Below are positions 46,871-57,354 of a stretch of DNA of 61,054 nt, piece by piece. How positions within the stretch are numbered: the stretch's first letter is position 1; every line of letters begins with the position of its first letter. The translations under genes were made by a program, and so were the position numbers. This DNA is from Devosia sp. (GTDB lineage: Bacteria; Pseudomonadota; Alphaproteobacteria; Rhizobiales; Devosiaceae). Location of the stretch: contig NZ_JAFKHD010000070.1 in NCBI RefSeq assembly GCF_017307565.1, positions 1 through 61,054 of the forward strand, given 5' to 3'. The notes under the pieces were generated by a model. That model was not told the origin of the DNA, searched no databases, and was given only the letters and a program-made list of their open reading frames with translations.

Positions 46871-47527
46871 TCAGTTGGCGCCGATTTTTTCTAGCCAGCG
46901 GTTCATTTCGGCGTCGAAATCGCGCCAGCCCGGCAGCAAACTCTCTTCAAAGCTGTAGATGGCGGCGAGGCCGCTCGTCAGATGCACGGTGCGCACGCAT
47001 TTGTCTGGCGCGCCGGTCTCGATCGCGTCGATGCACTTGGCCACGAATGGCTTCGGCGCCAGCGCGTCATACCAGATCGTTTCCCCGCCGTAGCCGTTGC
47101 CCTCGAGCTTTTGCCCGATCAGTCCGGGCACGCCCGTCTCCGTTCCCTTGGCGAACTGATGCACATAGACGCTGTCGAGCAGTTCGCTGCTCGATTTTGC
47201 GCGGGAGCGCGGCAGCAGCGTCACATCGACCGATCCGAGCGGCAATTGCACCGAAAGGTCGATCTGGCTGACAAAGCCGGCCTGCATCTGCTCGCCGAAG
47301 CGGAACCAGTTCTCCGGAATCGTCAGCTCGCGCCCACTGACAGTCTGCTCCAGCATGTTGCCGTCGCTCAGCGACGGTACTTTTCGGCCCTCGGAGCGCC
47401 CGGCCTGATCCACGAGATAGGCGACGCCAAGCGCAGCCAGCATTACGGCAAGGGCAATGCCAGCAAGATTATGCACAAGGCCATGAGACCCGTAAGCGGC
47501 CGGAGCGGGGTGCTGCGAGGCGGACAT
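46871..47527 (-). CDS. Conserved hypothetical membrane-anchored protein
   Basis: N-terminal TM helix; C-terminal FVAKC...C.R...L...Y.F...L..WR pattern. Confidence 0.65.
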   Translation of the reverse strand: MSASQHPAPAAYGSHGLVHNLAGIALAVMLAALGVAYLVDQAGRSEGRKVPSLSDGNMLEQTVSGRELTIPENWFRFGEQMQAGFVSQIDLSVQLPLGSVDVTLLPRSRAKSSSELLDSVYVHQFAKGTETGVPGLIGQKLEGNGYGGETIWYDALAPKPFVAKCIDAIETGAPDKCVRTVHLTSGLAAIYSFEESLLPGWRDFDAEMNRWLEKIGAN

Positions 47528-47586
47528 GGCCAGCGTTAACCAGTTTTCTCGTGCGAAGGTGACAGTTCACTTCAGCCGGAATATGG

Positions 47587-47602
47587 TTACCAAACTATTA
47601 AC
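47587..47602 (+). promoter_or_regulatory. CtrA-like box (TTAC-N7-TTAAC)
   Basis: ttac-caaacta-ttaac in a divergent intergenic region, with a further half-site gttaac near 47536. Confidence 0.55.
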
Positions 47603-47642
47603 ACTTGGGCTTGCCGTGGATCGGCGGTTGAGGAGGGCAGGG

Positions 47643-47963
47643 ATGTCGCGCGAACTTCTGCTTGCGGCGTTCATCATGGGCGTGGGTCTGTGCGTTGCTG
47701 GGGCGGGGACGCATCTCTATCAGGCGCTGGCACGCCAGCAGGCCATGCTGCGCATGGATGGGCGAAACCTCGTCGGCTCCATCGGCCACCTGATGATGAG
47801 CATTGTCTGCGGCCCCTACATCATGCTGCACATGGGCTGGCAGCACGAAGACGATGGCACCCTGTCGATGACCTCGGCGCTGATTGGCGCATTGGTCGCC
47901 TTCACCTGGGCCTTCGTCACCGGGCTCTTCTTCATGAGCATCTACGTCGTCGCCATTCGCTGA
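47643..47963 (+). CDS. Small membrane protein (DUF6949-like)
   Basis: Three TM segments, GPYIM, WAFVTG; RBS GAGGAGGG. Confidence 0.6.
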   Translation: MSRELLLAAFIMGVGLCVAGAGTHLYQALARQQAMLRMDGRNLVGSIGHLMMSIVCGPYIMLHMGWQHEDDGTLSMTSALIGALVAFTWAFVTGLFFMSIYVVAIR

Positions 47964-47982
47964 GTTTTTCAGCACTGGACGT

Positions 47983-48021
47983 AACAAGGCCGGCTTCGCT
48001 GCAGCGAGAGCCGGCCTTGTT
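47983..48021. terminator. Hairpin / bidirectional terminator between convergent genes
   Basis: aacaaggccggct...agccggccttgtt. Confidence 0.7.
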
Positions 48022-48068
48022 CATCAGGTCCCTATCAGGGATTGGGGCGGGACCCGGAAAACGATGCG

Positions 48069-48692
48069 TTAGCGCGCAGCGATCACCGTCGTACGGTCAT
48101 CGAACATATCGACCCACTGGCCGGCATGAGCCTGCGACTGGCGCTTGAGATACTGATAGGGCGTCTCGTTCCAGACGAGGATGGCGCTCTCCTGATTGTC
48201 GAGCACGAGATCGCCGCGGTCGGTCCGCACCATCAGCACGGCGTGGCCGCTGCCATCGCGCTGGCGCACCACGGCGATCAGCAGAGTGCTCGGCGACCAG
48301 CCGGCCTCGATCAGCGCGCGGCGCTTGGCGAGCACGAAGTCTTCGCAGTCGCCATAGCCATTGGTGGGATAGGTCCAGAATTCTTCGACCTGGTAGAGTT
48401 CCTGGTCGGTAACCGGAATGATGGTCTGGTTGTAATGAGCGTTGATGGAAACGAGCTGCTGCCAGTTTCCTTCGGTCAGGGTAGCAGCGTCTTCCACGAC
48501 GCTATTGGCCTGACATTCGGCGGGACGCGAACGGGAGAAATCCAGGTGCCCGACCGGAATGGACGTGTTGGTGCTTGCCACCCGAACGAAGGCTGCATTG
48601 GTGAAGTCGACTGCCGCACTGGGCTGGGCCCACATTGCGAGCACCGCTGCAGCCATACCCGCTGCCATAAGGCGCATATTCTTGATTGCCAT
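48069..48692 (-). CDS. Transglutaminase-like cysteine peptidase (BTLCP, LapG-like)
   Basis: Signal peptide; EFWTYP, GDCEDF, GHAVL, LVLDN catalytic triad. Confidence 0.9.
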   Translation of the reverse strand: MAIKNMRLMAAGMAAAVLAMWAQPSAAVDFTNAAFVRVASTNTSIPVGHLDFSRSRPAECQANSVVEDAATLTEGNWQQLVSINAHYNQTIIPVTDQELYQVEEFWTYPTNGYGDCEDFVLAKRRALIEAGWSPSTLLIAVVRQRDGSGHAVLMVRTDRGDLVLDNQESAILVWNETPYQYLKRQSQAHAGQWVDMFDDRTTVIAAR

Positions 48693-48879
48693 AACGCGAT
48701 CTCCCTGATGGAGACCACGCTAAGGGCGGCCACTTGCCTCGGTCCGAAAACTACCAGCGAGTTTTTATGCGTGTTTTAAGCGATCAGGTAAGATCGCGTT
48801 TACCCTGCGCCTGGCTACAGCCAAAAGCCGGCTCATGGAGCGGTGACGCAGCTATAGTTGAAAAATCCGAGCCCGGGGC

Positions 48880-49515
48880 TCAGTTCATGATGCGCAGGTT
48901 CTGCTGCACGACGTTGAGCATTTCCTGCGCCGCCGCAAATTCGACGGCCACCCCATTCTGGAAGTGACGCACGACGCGCGCCCGCATGCGGCCGAGCGTG
49001 ATCGGCGTGCCCATGGCCGGACGGACATCGAGCTCGATGGCTGCGCCCGAAAGCGAAATGTCGATGATCTTGCAGTTGTAACGCCGGCCATCGTCGAGAA
49101 CGACCGTCGAATGGCGAATATCGGGGACCACACGCTCGTGCCGGCGGTCTTCCGGCAGGTTGAGGATGTCCTTGTTGGCAAGCCAGGTGAGCTGCGCTGC
49201 CATCTTGTCGCGCTTGCGCGGAGTTGCGGCGATATCCATCAGGAACCCGCCATCCACCTGCTTGAGAAGCGTGCCTTCGATGCGGCCGATATGATCGAGA
49301 TAGGCAATGATCCGCTCGCCCTCGATTCCTGCCACTGGCGCAATCACCACGGCATCGCCGGGCGACATTTCGAGAACCTGGCAGGGAAACTCGCGACGGT
49401 CGGCAAGCATGTAACGGCCAAGGATGGAAACCTTGACGCGCTGGAATCGTCCTTCGGTGGCCTTGGGCTGCGAAGACGAGAAGGTGCGTGCTGAATCGAG
49501 ATCGTCACTGAGCAT
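48880..49515 (-). CDS. Tandem PilZ domain protein
   Basis: GRFQR...EMSPGD and DRRHER...DISLSGA motifs. Confidence 0.88.
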   Translation of the reverse strand: MLSDDLDSARTFSSSQPKATEGRFQRVKVSILGRYMLADRREFPCQVLEMSPGDAVVIAPVAGIEGERIIAYLDHIGRIEGTLLKQVDGGFLMDIAATPRKRDKMAAQLTWLANKDILNLPEDRRHERVVPDIRHSTVVLDDGRRYNCKIIDISLSGAAIELDVRPAMGTPITLGRMRARVVRHFQNGVAVEFAAAQEMLNVVQQNLRIMN

Positions 49516-49689
49516 GCGTTCACCGGTCCTCGCCCGCACATGGAAGTGCAAGCAGGTTAGCGAGGTTTGGTTAATGCATGGTTTTTGTGGCAGCCCTGTC
49601 GGGGTGCGAGAATTCCCGAAAGAGTCCGGGAAGTGCTGGCATGACAGGGGGATGGACGCGATCCGATGCGGAACCGGATCGCCAGTAGA

Positions 49690-50343
49690 CTAGTTGCGGC
49701 CGCCGTCGATCACGGCGAGATGGGCGTAGCGGCGGGCGCTGCGGCCATAAAGAGTCGTGGGCATGGCCATGGACGGCACTGCCGGGGCAAAGCCGATATC
49801 GTTGACGACGCTGGCAGCAACGTCGCGCACCGATTCCTCGCGCGGCATTTCATCGGGCCAGATCAGGCGAAGGCCGGTGATACGCTGTTCGGCCACCGGC
49901 TGCACGCCGAGCCAATAGGGCTCTTCCGCAGCAGTCATGCCGCCGAGAATGCGGGTGTGGCTGGAGCCGTTGTGACGCAGCGGCATCAGGATCATCTCGA
50001 AGGATGCCTTGGTATGCAGCGCGGTCGAACCCTGGAAGGTGACGAGAGCCACTGCGTGATCTTCGGTCACGGCGCGGATCAGCGTTTCCATGGCGTCCTG
50101 ATCGCGATCATGCCAGAGCGCGGAGAAGGAGCGGCCCTTCAGTTCCCGGCAATAGCTGGTGCACAGATGCGAACCGGCAAGGCGGAAGGAGAACTTGTCG
50201 TCCTCGTTGAGTTCGAGAATGAAGGTGTTGGCCAGGGCCTCGCGGATGCGGGTCGGATCGATGTCCTTGCGGTCGGGCGCGCTACGGGCGCCACGAATCG
50301 TATTCCAATAGGTATAGAGCGTATTGGTGCTCGGCATCTGCAT
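49690..50343 (-). CDS. PAS_5 (DUF1457) domain protein
   Basis: LYTYWNTIRG..APDR.DIDP, FRLAGS, RELKG, EMILMPL. Confidence 0.85.
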   Translation of the reverse strand: MQMPSTNTLYTYWNTIRGARSAPDRKDIDPTRIREALANTFILELNEDDKFSFRLAGSHLCTSYCRELKGRSFSALWHDRDQDAMETLIRAVTEDHAVALVTFQGSTALHTKASFEMILMPLRHNGSSHTRILGGMTAAEEPYWLGVQPVAEQRITGLRLIWPDEMPREESVRDVAASVVNDIGFAPAVPSMAMPTTLYGRSARRYAHLAVIDGGRN

Positions 50344-50438
50344 GGTTAGGACCCGCTTGTTCATAGGCGGCACCATCTCTCCCCGAGAGAGTCCCGCCGC
50401 GCAGATGACAATGGCAAATCGACAGGGTGATTGCCCGC

Positions 50439-50453
50439 TTAAACATTAATTAA
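50439..50453. promoter_or_regulatory. CtrA binding site (perfect TTAA-N7-TTAA)
   Basis: ttaa-acattaa-ttaa, plus an adjacent gttaac, between the divergent PAS and rhomboid genes. Confidence 0.7.
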
Positions 50454-50526
50454 GGTTAACGCCGCCGTCCCAATGTGGAAAAGGTTGCTGTAAGCCGCGG
50501 AACAAAGGGTTTTGGGGAGAAAAACG

Positions 50527-51264
50527 ATGACTGAGCCCGAGCAAATGCCCGGTTCCCAAGGCCGCCCGCCGCGCGAGCCGATCTTTCTTTTGCCCAATTC
50601 GGTGACGGCTCTCGTCGGTATTCTCGTCGCGATTCACCTGGCAGCAACCATGGTGCTTAACGAGGCGGGGCAGACTCAGCTCTATTTCTGGTTCGCCTTC
50701 CAGCCTCTGCGTATCGTATTGGCACCACAAGACATAACCGTGGCGATACCGCTTTTGTGGACGCCTTTTTCACACGCTTTCCTGCATGGCGGTTGGGAGC
50801 ACCTGCTGGTCAATGTGGCCTGGCTCGTGATTTTCGCGAGCCCCGTGACCCGGCGTTATGGGGCAGGGCCCATGCTCGCCATTTTCCTCGTTTCGGCCGC
50901 CGCGGGCGCCGCGTTCTTTGCCGTAACCTCGCTCTATGCCGGCGCTTATCTCATCGGCGCCTCCGGCGGCATCGCCGGCCTCACGGGCGCCGCTGTGCGC
51001 TTCATCTTCCAGCCGGTGCTCTACGCCCAGCATCCGGAAACCGGCCAGCGCATCGTGCTGGGCCGCCGACTCGCGACGCTTCGTGAGGTGTTCATCAATC
51101 CGCGCTCGCGATTCTTCACGCTGATCTGGCTGGTCCTCAATGCGGCCGTGCCCCTTGCGCCTTTGCTGATGGGTGCTAGCCTCGGCGTTGCCTGGCAGGC
51201 TCATCTTGGCGGCTTCGTTGCCGGGCTCCTGATGGTTGGGCTGTTCGAGCGCAAGCCGCAGTAA
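50527..51264 (+). CDS. Rhomboid intramembrane protease
   Basis: FLHGGWEHLLVN, IGASGG, AWQAHLGG. Confidence 0.92.
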   Translation: MTEPEQMPGSQGRPPREPIFLLPNSVTALVGILVAIHLAATMVLNEAGQTQLYFWFAFQPLRIVLAPQDITVAIPLLWTPFSHAFLHGGWEHLLVNVAWLVIFASPVTRRYGAGPMLAIFLVSAAAGAAFFAVTSLYAGAYLIGASGGIAGLTGAAVRFIFQPVLYAQHPETGQRIVLGRRLATLREVFINPRSRFFTLIWLVLNAAVPLAPLLMGASLGVAWQAHLGGFVAGLLMVGLFERKPQ

Positions 51265-51445
51265 TCGTCGCGCGGCAGGCTGTTTCCAAGGACGGGCAGG
51301 GCTTTGCAGGGTGGCGCTCGCGCACACTTCAAAAGCCGGCCGTCACACCACTTGCATTTGCGTGCCCGAAGATAGGCCTATATTCCTTGTCGCCAAGACT
51401 GTTGGGCGGAGTGGTGCAATCTCCGCCACCTAACGGGAGAAAAGC

Positions 51446-53224
51446 ATGTCATTGAACGTCACGAAGCGCGGCCTGGCAGGGATTGCGGCAGCATGTCTGG
51501 CCAGCGTCGCCCTGCCTGTTGCTCCCGCCATGGCGCAGAAGGTGAAAACCAAGCCTGCCGAACAGTCGGCCCCGGCCGAGTTCGCCATTTCCATCCCCAC
51601 CGTCGATGCGGTTGGTTCCAGCATCGATGCGGACACCATCAAGTCGATTCTCAGCGGCGCGATCATCGAGAATGTTGACGCCCTGGCTGGCCTTAATGCC
51701 ACCAGCATCACCGTTCCGGAGATCGTGTTGACGGTTACCTCGACCGTCGATGGCCAGAAGCAGGAAGGTGTTCTCACCTTCAACAATCTGGTGCTTGAAG
51801 ACGTCGTGGGTGGCGTTGCTGCCAGCGCAAGCATCGAAAGCTCGAGCTTCGATGTCGAAGATGGCCATGCCGAAATGGGCAGCACCTCGGCCACACACTT
51901 CAATATCGGCGGCATGCTCGGCGTCTATGGCCTCGTGAACGCCGGCTCCACGGAAATGGCAACACTCTACGCCGATTTCCTGATGGAAGGCGGCACGTTC
52001 GAGACCGACGAGGTCGCCTGCGAATTCGGCCCGATCAGTGGCGCCGAAGTGCGCGGGCGCCCGATCGGGACCTCGTTCGTCGAGATCATGACGCTCGCCC
52101 AGCAGATGGAAGCCAATCCGGACGTGGAAGATCCGGCCATGGTTGGCAAGATCATGCGGATGTATGCGGATATCCTGACCGCATTCGAAAGCTCCGAATT
52201 CACCTTCGACGGTTTCTCGTGCTCGGGCACCGATGACGATGGTCGTCCGATGACCTTCGAAATCGGCAACATGACCATGGCCGGCATGTCGCCGGGCATC
52301 TATCCGCAGATTTCCATGAATGACTTCCGCGTCAATGTGGAAGGCGATGGCTCCGTTACTCTGGGCAACTTCACCCTCAAGCAGTTCGACCTCTCCTCGA
52401 CCATAGCCGCAATGGCCGGCGCCCCCGCCGAAGTCACCGAGGCCTGGCTCGAAGCCAATGCCCGCGCGCTGATCCCGGCCTTTGAAGGGTTCTCCTTCTC
52501 CGGCCTTGGCATCGACATTCCCGATCCGGATGCGGATGGCGAGCGCATCGTTGCTGACATCGACAATTTCGACCTGACGCTGGCCAGCTATATCAATGGC
52601 ATTCCCAGCAACATCGACACCTCGGCTTCCGGCATCCGCGCCGATCTGCCCAAGGACAGCGAAGACGAGCAGCTCCAGCAGCTGATCGATCTCGGCATCA
52701 CCAAGATCGATGCCGGATTCCGGCTGGCCGCAGCCTGGAACGCCGAGAAGAACAGCATCGATATCAAGGAAGTCTCGGTTTCTGGCGTCGATCTCGCCAC
52801 CATCGTGCTCTCGGGCACCATCGCCAACGCCACCGAAGCCCTGTTCTCGATGGACGAGAACGAAGCCCTGATGGCCGGCATGGGCGTTGCCATCAAGGCG
52901 CTTAAGCTCGACGTGACCGATGCCGGTCTCTCCGACATCGTCCTCGCCGTTGCGGCGGCTGATCAGGGCGCCGATCCGGCCACGCTCCGCCCGGTCTTCG
53001 CGGGCCTCGCCGAAGGCACGATCATCGGCATGATGGCCGGCGCCGCCGATGCGGCCAAGCCCGGCTCGGCGATCAACCAGTTCGTCAGCGGCAAGGCGAA
53101 GTCGCTCAATATCGGCATCGAAGCCAAGGAAGATCCCGGTCTCTCCATGGTCGACTTCATGACCGCCGAAGACGATCCGGCCAGCCTGATCGGCAAGGTG
53201 AACATCTCCGCCTCGGCGAAGTAA
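51446..53224 (+). CDS. Large acidic exported hypothetical protein
   Basis: Signal peptide (AMA-Q), 592 aa, very D/E-rich, host-like codon usage, own terminator. Confidence 0.75.
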   Translation: MSLNVTKRGLAGIAAACLASVALPVAPAMAQKVKTKPAEQSAPAEFAISIPTVDAVGSSIDADTIKSILSGAIIENVDALAGLNATSITVPEIVLTVTSTVDGQKQEGVLTFNNLVLEDVVGGVAASASIESSSFDVEDGHAEMGSTSATHFNIGGMLGVYGLVNAGSTEMATLYADFLMEGGTFETDEVACEFGPISGAEVRGRPIGTSFVEIMTLAQQMEANPDVEDPAMVGKIMRMYADILTAFESSEFTFDGFSCSGTDDDGRPMTFEIGNMTMAGMSPGIYPQISMNDFRVNVEGDGSVTLGNFTLKQFDLSSTIAAMAGAPAEVTEAWLEANARALIPAFEGFSFSGLGIDIPDPDADGERIVADIDNFDLTLASYINGIPSNIDTSASGIRADLPKDSEDEQLQQLIDLGITKIDAGFRLAAAWNAEKNSIDIKEVSVSGVDLATIVLSGTIANATEALFSMDENEALMAGMGVAIKALKLDVTDAGLSDIVLAVAAADQGADPATLRPVFAGLAEGTIIGMMAGAADAAKPGSAINQFVSGKAKSLNIGIEAKEDPGLSMVDFMTAEDDPASLIGKVNISASAK

Positions 53225-53231
53225 TCAAACT

Positions 53232-53259
53232 AAAGGGGCGGCCAGTGGCCGCCCCTTTT
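53232..53259 (+). terminator. Intrinsic terminator
   Basis: aaaggggcggcc-agt-ggccgcccctttt. Confidence 0.85.
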
Positions 53260-53272
53260 CCATTCACGGTGT

Positions 53273-53294
53273 GCTCCCCGCGAAAGCGGGGAGC
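53273..53294. repeat. dRS3-like GAAA-loop hairpin
   Basis: gctccccgc-gaaa-gcggggagc. Confidence 0.55.
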
Positions 53295-53300
53295 TGTATT

Positions 53301-54677
53301 TCAGCGTACGGCCTTCTCCAGCGCAGCCATCGACCACGCCAGCAGGTCCTTCGCCCGCGCCTCGGTCCCAGCCTCGACATAGGAGCGTAGCTCCGGCGCA
53401 TTCCCCGATGCGCGGAAATGCACGGTCTCGCCGCCCTTCAGGTGAAACTGCAACCCATCGATCGCATTCACACTTGCGATCTCATTGGGCGCGAAGACTT
53501 CGGCGGCGTAGGCCTCATCCTTCTGCAACCGCTCCAGGAACGGACCACTCCGCTCCGCCGGCACGTTCTGCAGCCGATCCGCCACCGCCACCTGCAGCGG
53601 CAGGCGCGACACGAGTTCAGCTACCGTAATCTTCTCCTTTGCAGCCAGCCCCAGCACCGCAACAACGGGCAGGATGGCATCGCGCGTTGGCAGCGCCGTC
53701 AGGTCAAACCCATTGCCCACAAACGTGCCGCCATTGGCCTCAAAGCCAACGACCTTCTCCGCCTTTTCCATTTCGGCAACGACGAAAGGCGATCCCACGC
53801 GGGTCCGGACGACCTGGTCAAAATATCCGGTACGCTCGATCGCCGAATTCGACGTCACCGGCGTCACCACCGTCTTGGCATTCAGGAACTGCGCCGCCAG
53901 CAATCCCAGTGCGTCGCCGCGCACGAAATTGCCGCTGCCATCCATCACCAGCGGCCGATCCGCATCGCCGTCAGAAGAAACGATGGCATCAAGGCCATGC
54001 TCCCGAACCCAACCGGGCAGGGGGGCGAACAGGGCATCCGAAAACGCCTCGGTATCCACCGGCACAAAGACGTCGCTGCGTCCCAGCGACACGACCTGAG
54101 CGCCGAGGGCCGCCAGCACCTCGCCCATCAGTTCCCGCGACACTGTAGAGTGCTCGAAAACCCCGACCTTGACGCCTTCGAGCGCACCGACCGGCAGCAG
54201 ATCCACGCATCGATCGCGATAGGCCTCGATGGTTTCCTCATTTTCGTCGAGCACCGATTCATCGTAGTCCGGCACGTCGACATCCGACAGCGCTGCGACG
54301 ATTCCCTGCTCATCCGATTTGCTGACCTCACCGGCCGGCTTGTAAAATTTCAGCCCATTACGGTCCGCCGGAATATGGCTCCCCGTGATCATCACAGCCG
54401 CGCTCTGTGTCGTCATCGCCTGCAACGCCAAAGCCGGCGTCGGCACCGCGCCGCAATCCACTGGCTCGAACCCGGCATGCGCAATCGCAGCAAGGCAATC
54501 CTCGGCAATGGCCGGACTCGACGGCCTGAGATCATACCCGACCAGCACGCGTCCGCCGGACATCTGCCCCGAAGCCTGCAAATGCTTCAGGAACGCCGCC
54601 ACATAGCGCCGCGCCGGCTGTCCCTCCAGGTCGGTGACAAGCCCGCGCACGCCACTGGTTCCAAATTTGAGGCTCAT
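53301..54677 (-). CDS. Phosphomannomutase
   Basis: FGTSGVRG, ITGSHIP, DGDADRP, GFEANGG, RASGNAPE. Confidence 0.92.
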   Translation of the reverse strand: MSLKFGTSGVRGLVTDLEGQPARRYVAAFLKHLQASGQMSGGRVLVGYDLRPSSPAIAEDCLAAIAHAGFEPVDCGAVPTPALALQAMTTQSAAVMITGSHIPADRNGLKFYKPAGEVSKSDEQGIVAALSDVDVPDYDESVLDENEETIEAYRDRCVDLLPVGALEGVKVGVFEHSTVSRELMGEVLAALGAQVVSLGRSDVFVPVDTEAFSDALFAPLPGWVREHGLDAIVSSDGDADRPLVMDGSGNFVRGDALGLLAAQFLNAKTVVTPVTSNSAIERTGYFDQVVRTRVGSPFVVAEMEKAEKVVGFEANGGTFVGNGFDLTALPTRDAILPVVAVLGLAAKEKITVAELVSRLPLQVAVADRLQNVPAERSGPFLERLQKDEAYAAEVFAPNEIASVNAIDGLQFHLKGGETVHFRASGNAPELRSYVEAGTEARAKDLLAWSMAALEKAVR

Positions 54678-54687
54678 GAAAATGGTC

Positions 54688-55119
54688 CTATTCGTCAACG
54701 CGAGGCCGCCCGCGGCCCTGCTTGATTCCCGATCGATTGGTTTTGGCGTCCAGCCGCCGCGTTTTGGAGGCAAGGGTAGGGCGCGTCGCAATTCGCGGCT
54801 TGGGCGGATAGGCGCCTTCACGCAACAGGGCGACAAGGCGCGCCTGTGCTTCCGCCCGGTTCAGCGGCTGGTCGCGATGAATATTGGCCAGGATGACAAT
54901 GACGCCATCCTTGGTCAGCCGGCTACCCGCCAGCGCCGCCACGCGCCGCTTCATCGGCTCAGGAATGTTGGGAGAATTTTCGAGGTCAAAGCGCAACTGC
55001 ACCGCGCTTGCGACCTTGTTGACGTTCTGCCCGCCCGGCCCAGAGCCGCGCACAAAAGTCTCTTCGTTCTCGCTGGGGTCGATCGAAACGGAGCGGGTTA
55101 TGGCAATGCGGTCAGCCAC
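54688..55119 (-). CDS. arfB: Alternative ribosome-rescue factor B
   Basis: SGPGGQNVNKV, basic tail RIATRPT...RRLDAK; GTG start with GAGGAG. Confidence 0.9.
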   Translation of the reverse strand: MADRIAITRSVSIDPSENEETFVRGSGPGGQNVNKVASAVQLRFDLENSPNIPEPMKRRVAALAGSRLTKDGVIVILANIHRDQPLNRAEAQARLVALLREGAYPPKPRIATRPTLASKTRRLDAKTNRSGIKQGRGRPRVDE

Positions 55120-55138
55120 AGGCCCGCTCCTCAGGTTG

Positions 55139-55363
55139 TCAGCGCTTCCAGCGCCCGGTGAAATAGACCTCTTCATCGTGGATGATGCGGCCTTTTTCGG
55201 TCGTCCGGAATTTGCCCGGCCCGACCTCTTCCACCCATTTCTTCTTCAGCATGCCGGCAAAGGTCTTTTCGCCGATATCCTTGAAGTCATCGGGGCCGAG
55301 GACATTGTCCTCGCCCAGATGATAGAGCGCCTTCATTTCGCGATTGGACGGACGCTGCGGCAT
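55139..55363 (-). CDS. Small hypothetical protein (winged-helix-like)
   Basis: 74 aa, 2 nt after the thrS stop, host codon usage; KKKWVE...FRTTEKG wing-like pattern. Confidence 0.7.
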   Translation of the reverse strand: MPQRPSNREMKALYHLGEDNVLGPDDFKDIGEKTFAGMLKKKWVEEVGPGKFRTTEKGRIIHDEEVYFTGRWKR

Positions 55364-55365
55364 TC

Positions 55366-57354
55366 TTAAGCTGCCTGCCCCTTGTCCTTGAGATCCGGCG
55401 GGGTCGCCTCAGCCAGAAGCGAAACGATCGCTTCCATCGATGGCAGAACCTGTTGGCCCTCGGTGCCGAGACGACGCACGGAAACCGTGCCTTCCTCGGC
55501 CTCGCGCTTGCCCACCACGAACATCAGCGGCACCTTCTGCACCGAGTGCTCGCGCACCTTGTAGTTGATCTTCTCGTTGCGGGTATCGAGCTCGGCGCGA
55601 ATGCCGACCGCCTTGAGCTGGTTCACCAGCTTCTGGCCATATTCATCCGCTTCCGAAACGATGGTCGCCACGACAACCTGGGTCGGCGCCAGCCACATCG
55701 GCATCTTGCCGGCATGGTTCTCGATCAGAATGCCGATGAAGCGCTCGAGCGATCCGAGAATCGCGCGGTGCAGCATCACGGCAAACTGCCGGCTACCGTC
55801 CTCGGCCACATAGGTCGCGCCAAGACGTTCGGGCAGCACATAATCGAGCTGCAGCGTACCAACCTGCCAGGAACGACCGATCGCGTCCTTGAGATGGAAT
55901 TCGAGCTTCGGCGCATAGAACGCGCCTTCGCCTTCGGCGATCTCGAAGTCATAGCCGGTCGCGCGCAGGGCATCGCCCAGCGCCTTCTCGGCCGCATCCC
56001 AACGCTCGATCGTACCGCCGAACTTTTCGGGGCGCGTCGCGAGCTTGATGACGACATTGTCGAACCCGAGGTGCCCGTAAACCGAGTAGAGCAGGTGCAC
56101 GAAGTGCTCCGTCTCGCTCTGGATCTGGTCCTCGCGGCAGAAGATGTGCGCGTCGTCCTGGGTCATCTGTCGCACGCGCATCAGGCCATGGAGCGCGCCA
56201 TGGGCCTCATTGCGGTGACAGCAGCCGAACTCGGCCATCCTAAGCGGCAGGTCGCGATAGCTCTTGATGCCCTGATTGAAGATCTGCACGTGAGCCGGGC
56301 AGTTCATCGGCTTCAATGCCAGAAGATCGCCGCCGCTCTCAAAGATCGGCTTGTCGTCTTCCGTGTTCGGCACCTGGTCGGGCACCACGAACATGTTTTC
56401 GCGGTACTTGCCCCAGTGGCCGGACTGCTCCCAGAACTTGGCATGCATCAGCTGCGGCGTCTTCACTTCCACATAGCCTGAGGAATTGAGACGACGGCGG
56501 ATATAGGCTTCCATCTGGTTGTAGATGACGAAACCACGTGGGTGCCAGAAGACCGACCCCTGCGCCTCGGCCTGGAAGTGGAACAGATCCAGGTCCTGGC
56601 CGATCTTGCGATGGTCGCGCTTTTCCGCCTCTTCCATCATCAGGAGATAGGCGTCGAGCTCTTCCTTGGTGGCAAAAGCCGTGCCGTAAATGCGGCTCAG
56701 CACTTCGCGATTGCTATCGCCACGCCAATAGGCACCGGCCACCTTGGTCAGCTTGAACGCCTGGCCGACATCCTTCACGGTCCGCATGTGCGGGCCGCGG
56801 CAAAGGTCTTTCCACTGACCCTGGGCATACATCTTGATCGACTGGTCCGCCGGAATGGCGTCGACCAGCTCGACCTTGAAGGCTTCGCCCTTGGCTTCGA
56901 ACCAGTCCTTGGCCTGGTCGCGCGTCCAGACTTCCTTGGTGAAGGCCGCACCACGATCGATGATTTCGCTCATCTTCTTTTCGATGACGCGCAGCTCATC
57001 TTCCGTGAACGGACCGGCCGGACGGTAGAAGTCGTAGTAGAAGCCGTTCTCGATCACCGGACCAATGGTCACCTGCGTATCGGGCCACAGCTCCTGCACG
57101 GCCTCGGCCAATACGTGGGCTGCGTCATGGCGAATGAGTTCGAGCGCATCCTTGGACCCGGAGTCGCGCGTCACGAACTCGATCTTGCCATCGGCGTCGA
57201 GCGTATCCGAAAGATCGGAGAGCACGCCGTTCCAGCGCATGGCGATGGTCTTCTTGGCCAGAGACTTGGAGATGCCTTCGACCACGGTGGTGCCGGTGGT
57301 GCCGCGCGGAAATTCGCGAGCTGCACCATCGGGGAACGTCACCTTGATCGACAT
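55366..57354 (-). CDS. thrS: Threonyl-tRNA synthetase
   Basis: TGS domain, [29 protein letters not shown]. Confidence 0.98.
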   Translation of the reverse strand: MSIKVTFPDGAAREFPRGTTGTTVVEGISKSLAKKTIAMRWNGVLSDLSDTLDADGKIEFVTRDSGSKDALELIRHDAAHVLAEAVQELWPDTQVTIGPVIENGFYYDFYRPAGPFTEDELRVIEKKMSEIIDRGAAFTKEVWTRDQAKDWFEAKGEAFKVELVDAIPADQSIKMYAQGQWKDLCRGPHMRTVKDVGQAFKLTKVAGAYWRGDSNREVLSRIYGTAFATKEELDAYLLMMEEAEKRDHRKIGQDLDLFHFQAEAQGSVFWHPRGFVIYNQMEAYIRRRLNSSGYVEVKTPQLMHAKFWEQSGHWGKYRENMFVVPDQVPNTEDDKPIFESGGDLLALKPMNCPAHVQIFNQGIKSYRDLPLRMAEFGCCHRNEAHGALHGLMRVRQMTQDDAHIFCREDQIQSETEHFVHLLYSVYGHLGFDNVVIKLATRPEKFGGTIERWDAAEKALGDALRATGYDFEIAEGEGAFYAPKLEFHLKDAIGRSWQVGTLQLDYVLPERLGATYVAEDGSRQFAVMLHRAILGSLERFIGILIENHAGKMPMWLAPTQVVVATIVSEADEYGQKLVNQLKAVGIRAELDTRNEKINYKVREHSVQKVPLMFVVGKREAEEGTVSVRRLGTEGQQVLPSMEAIVSLLAEATPPDLKDKGQAA

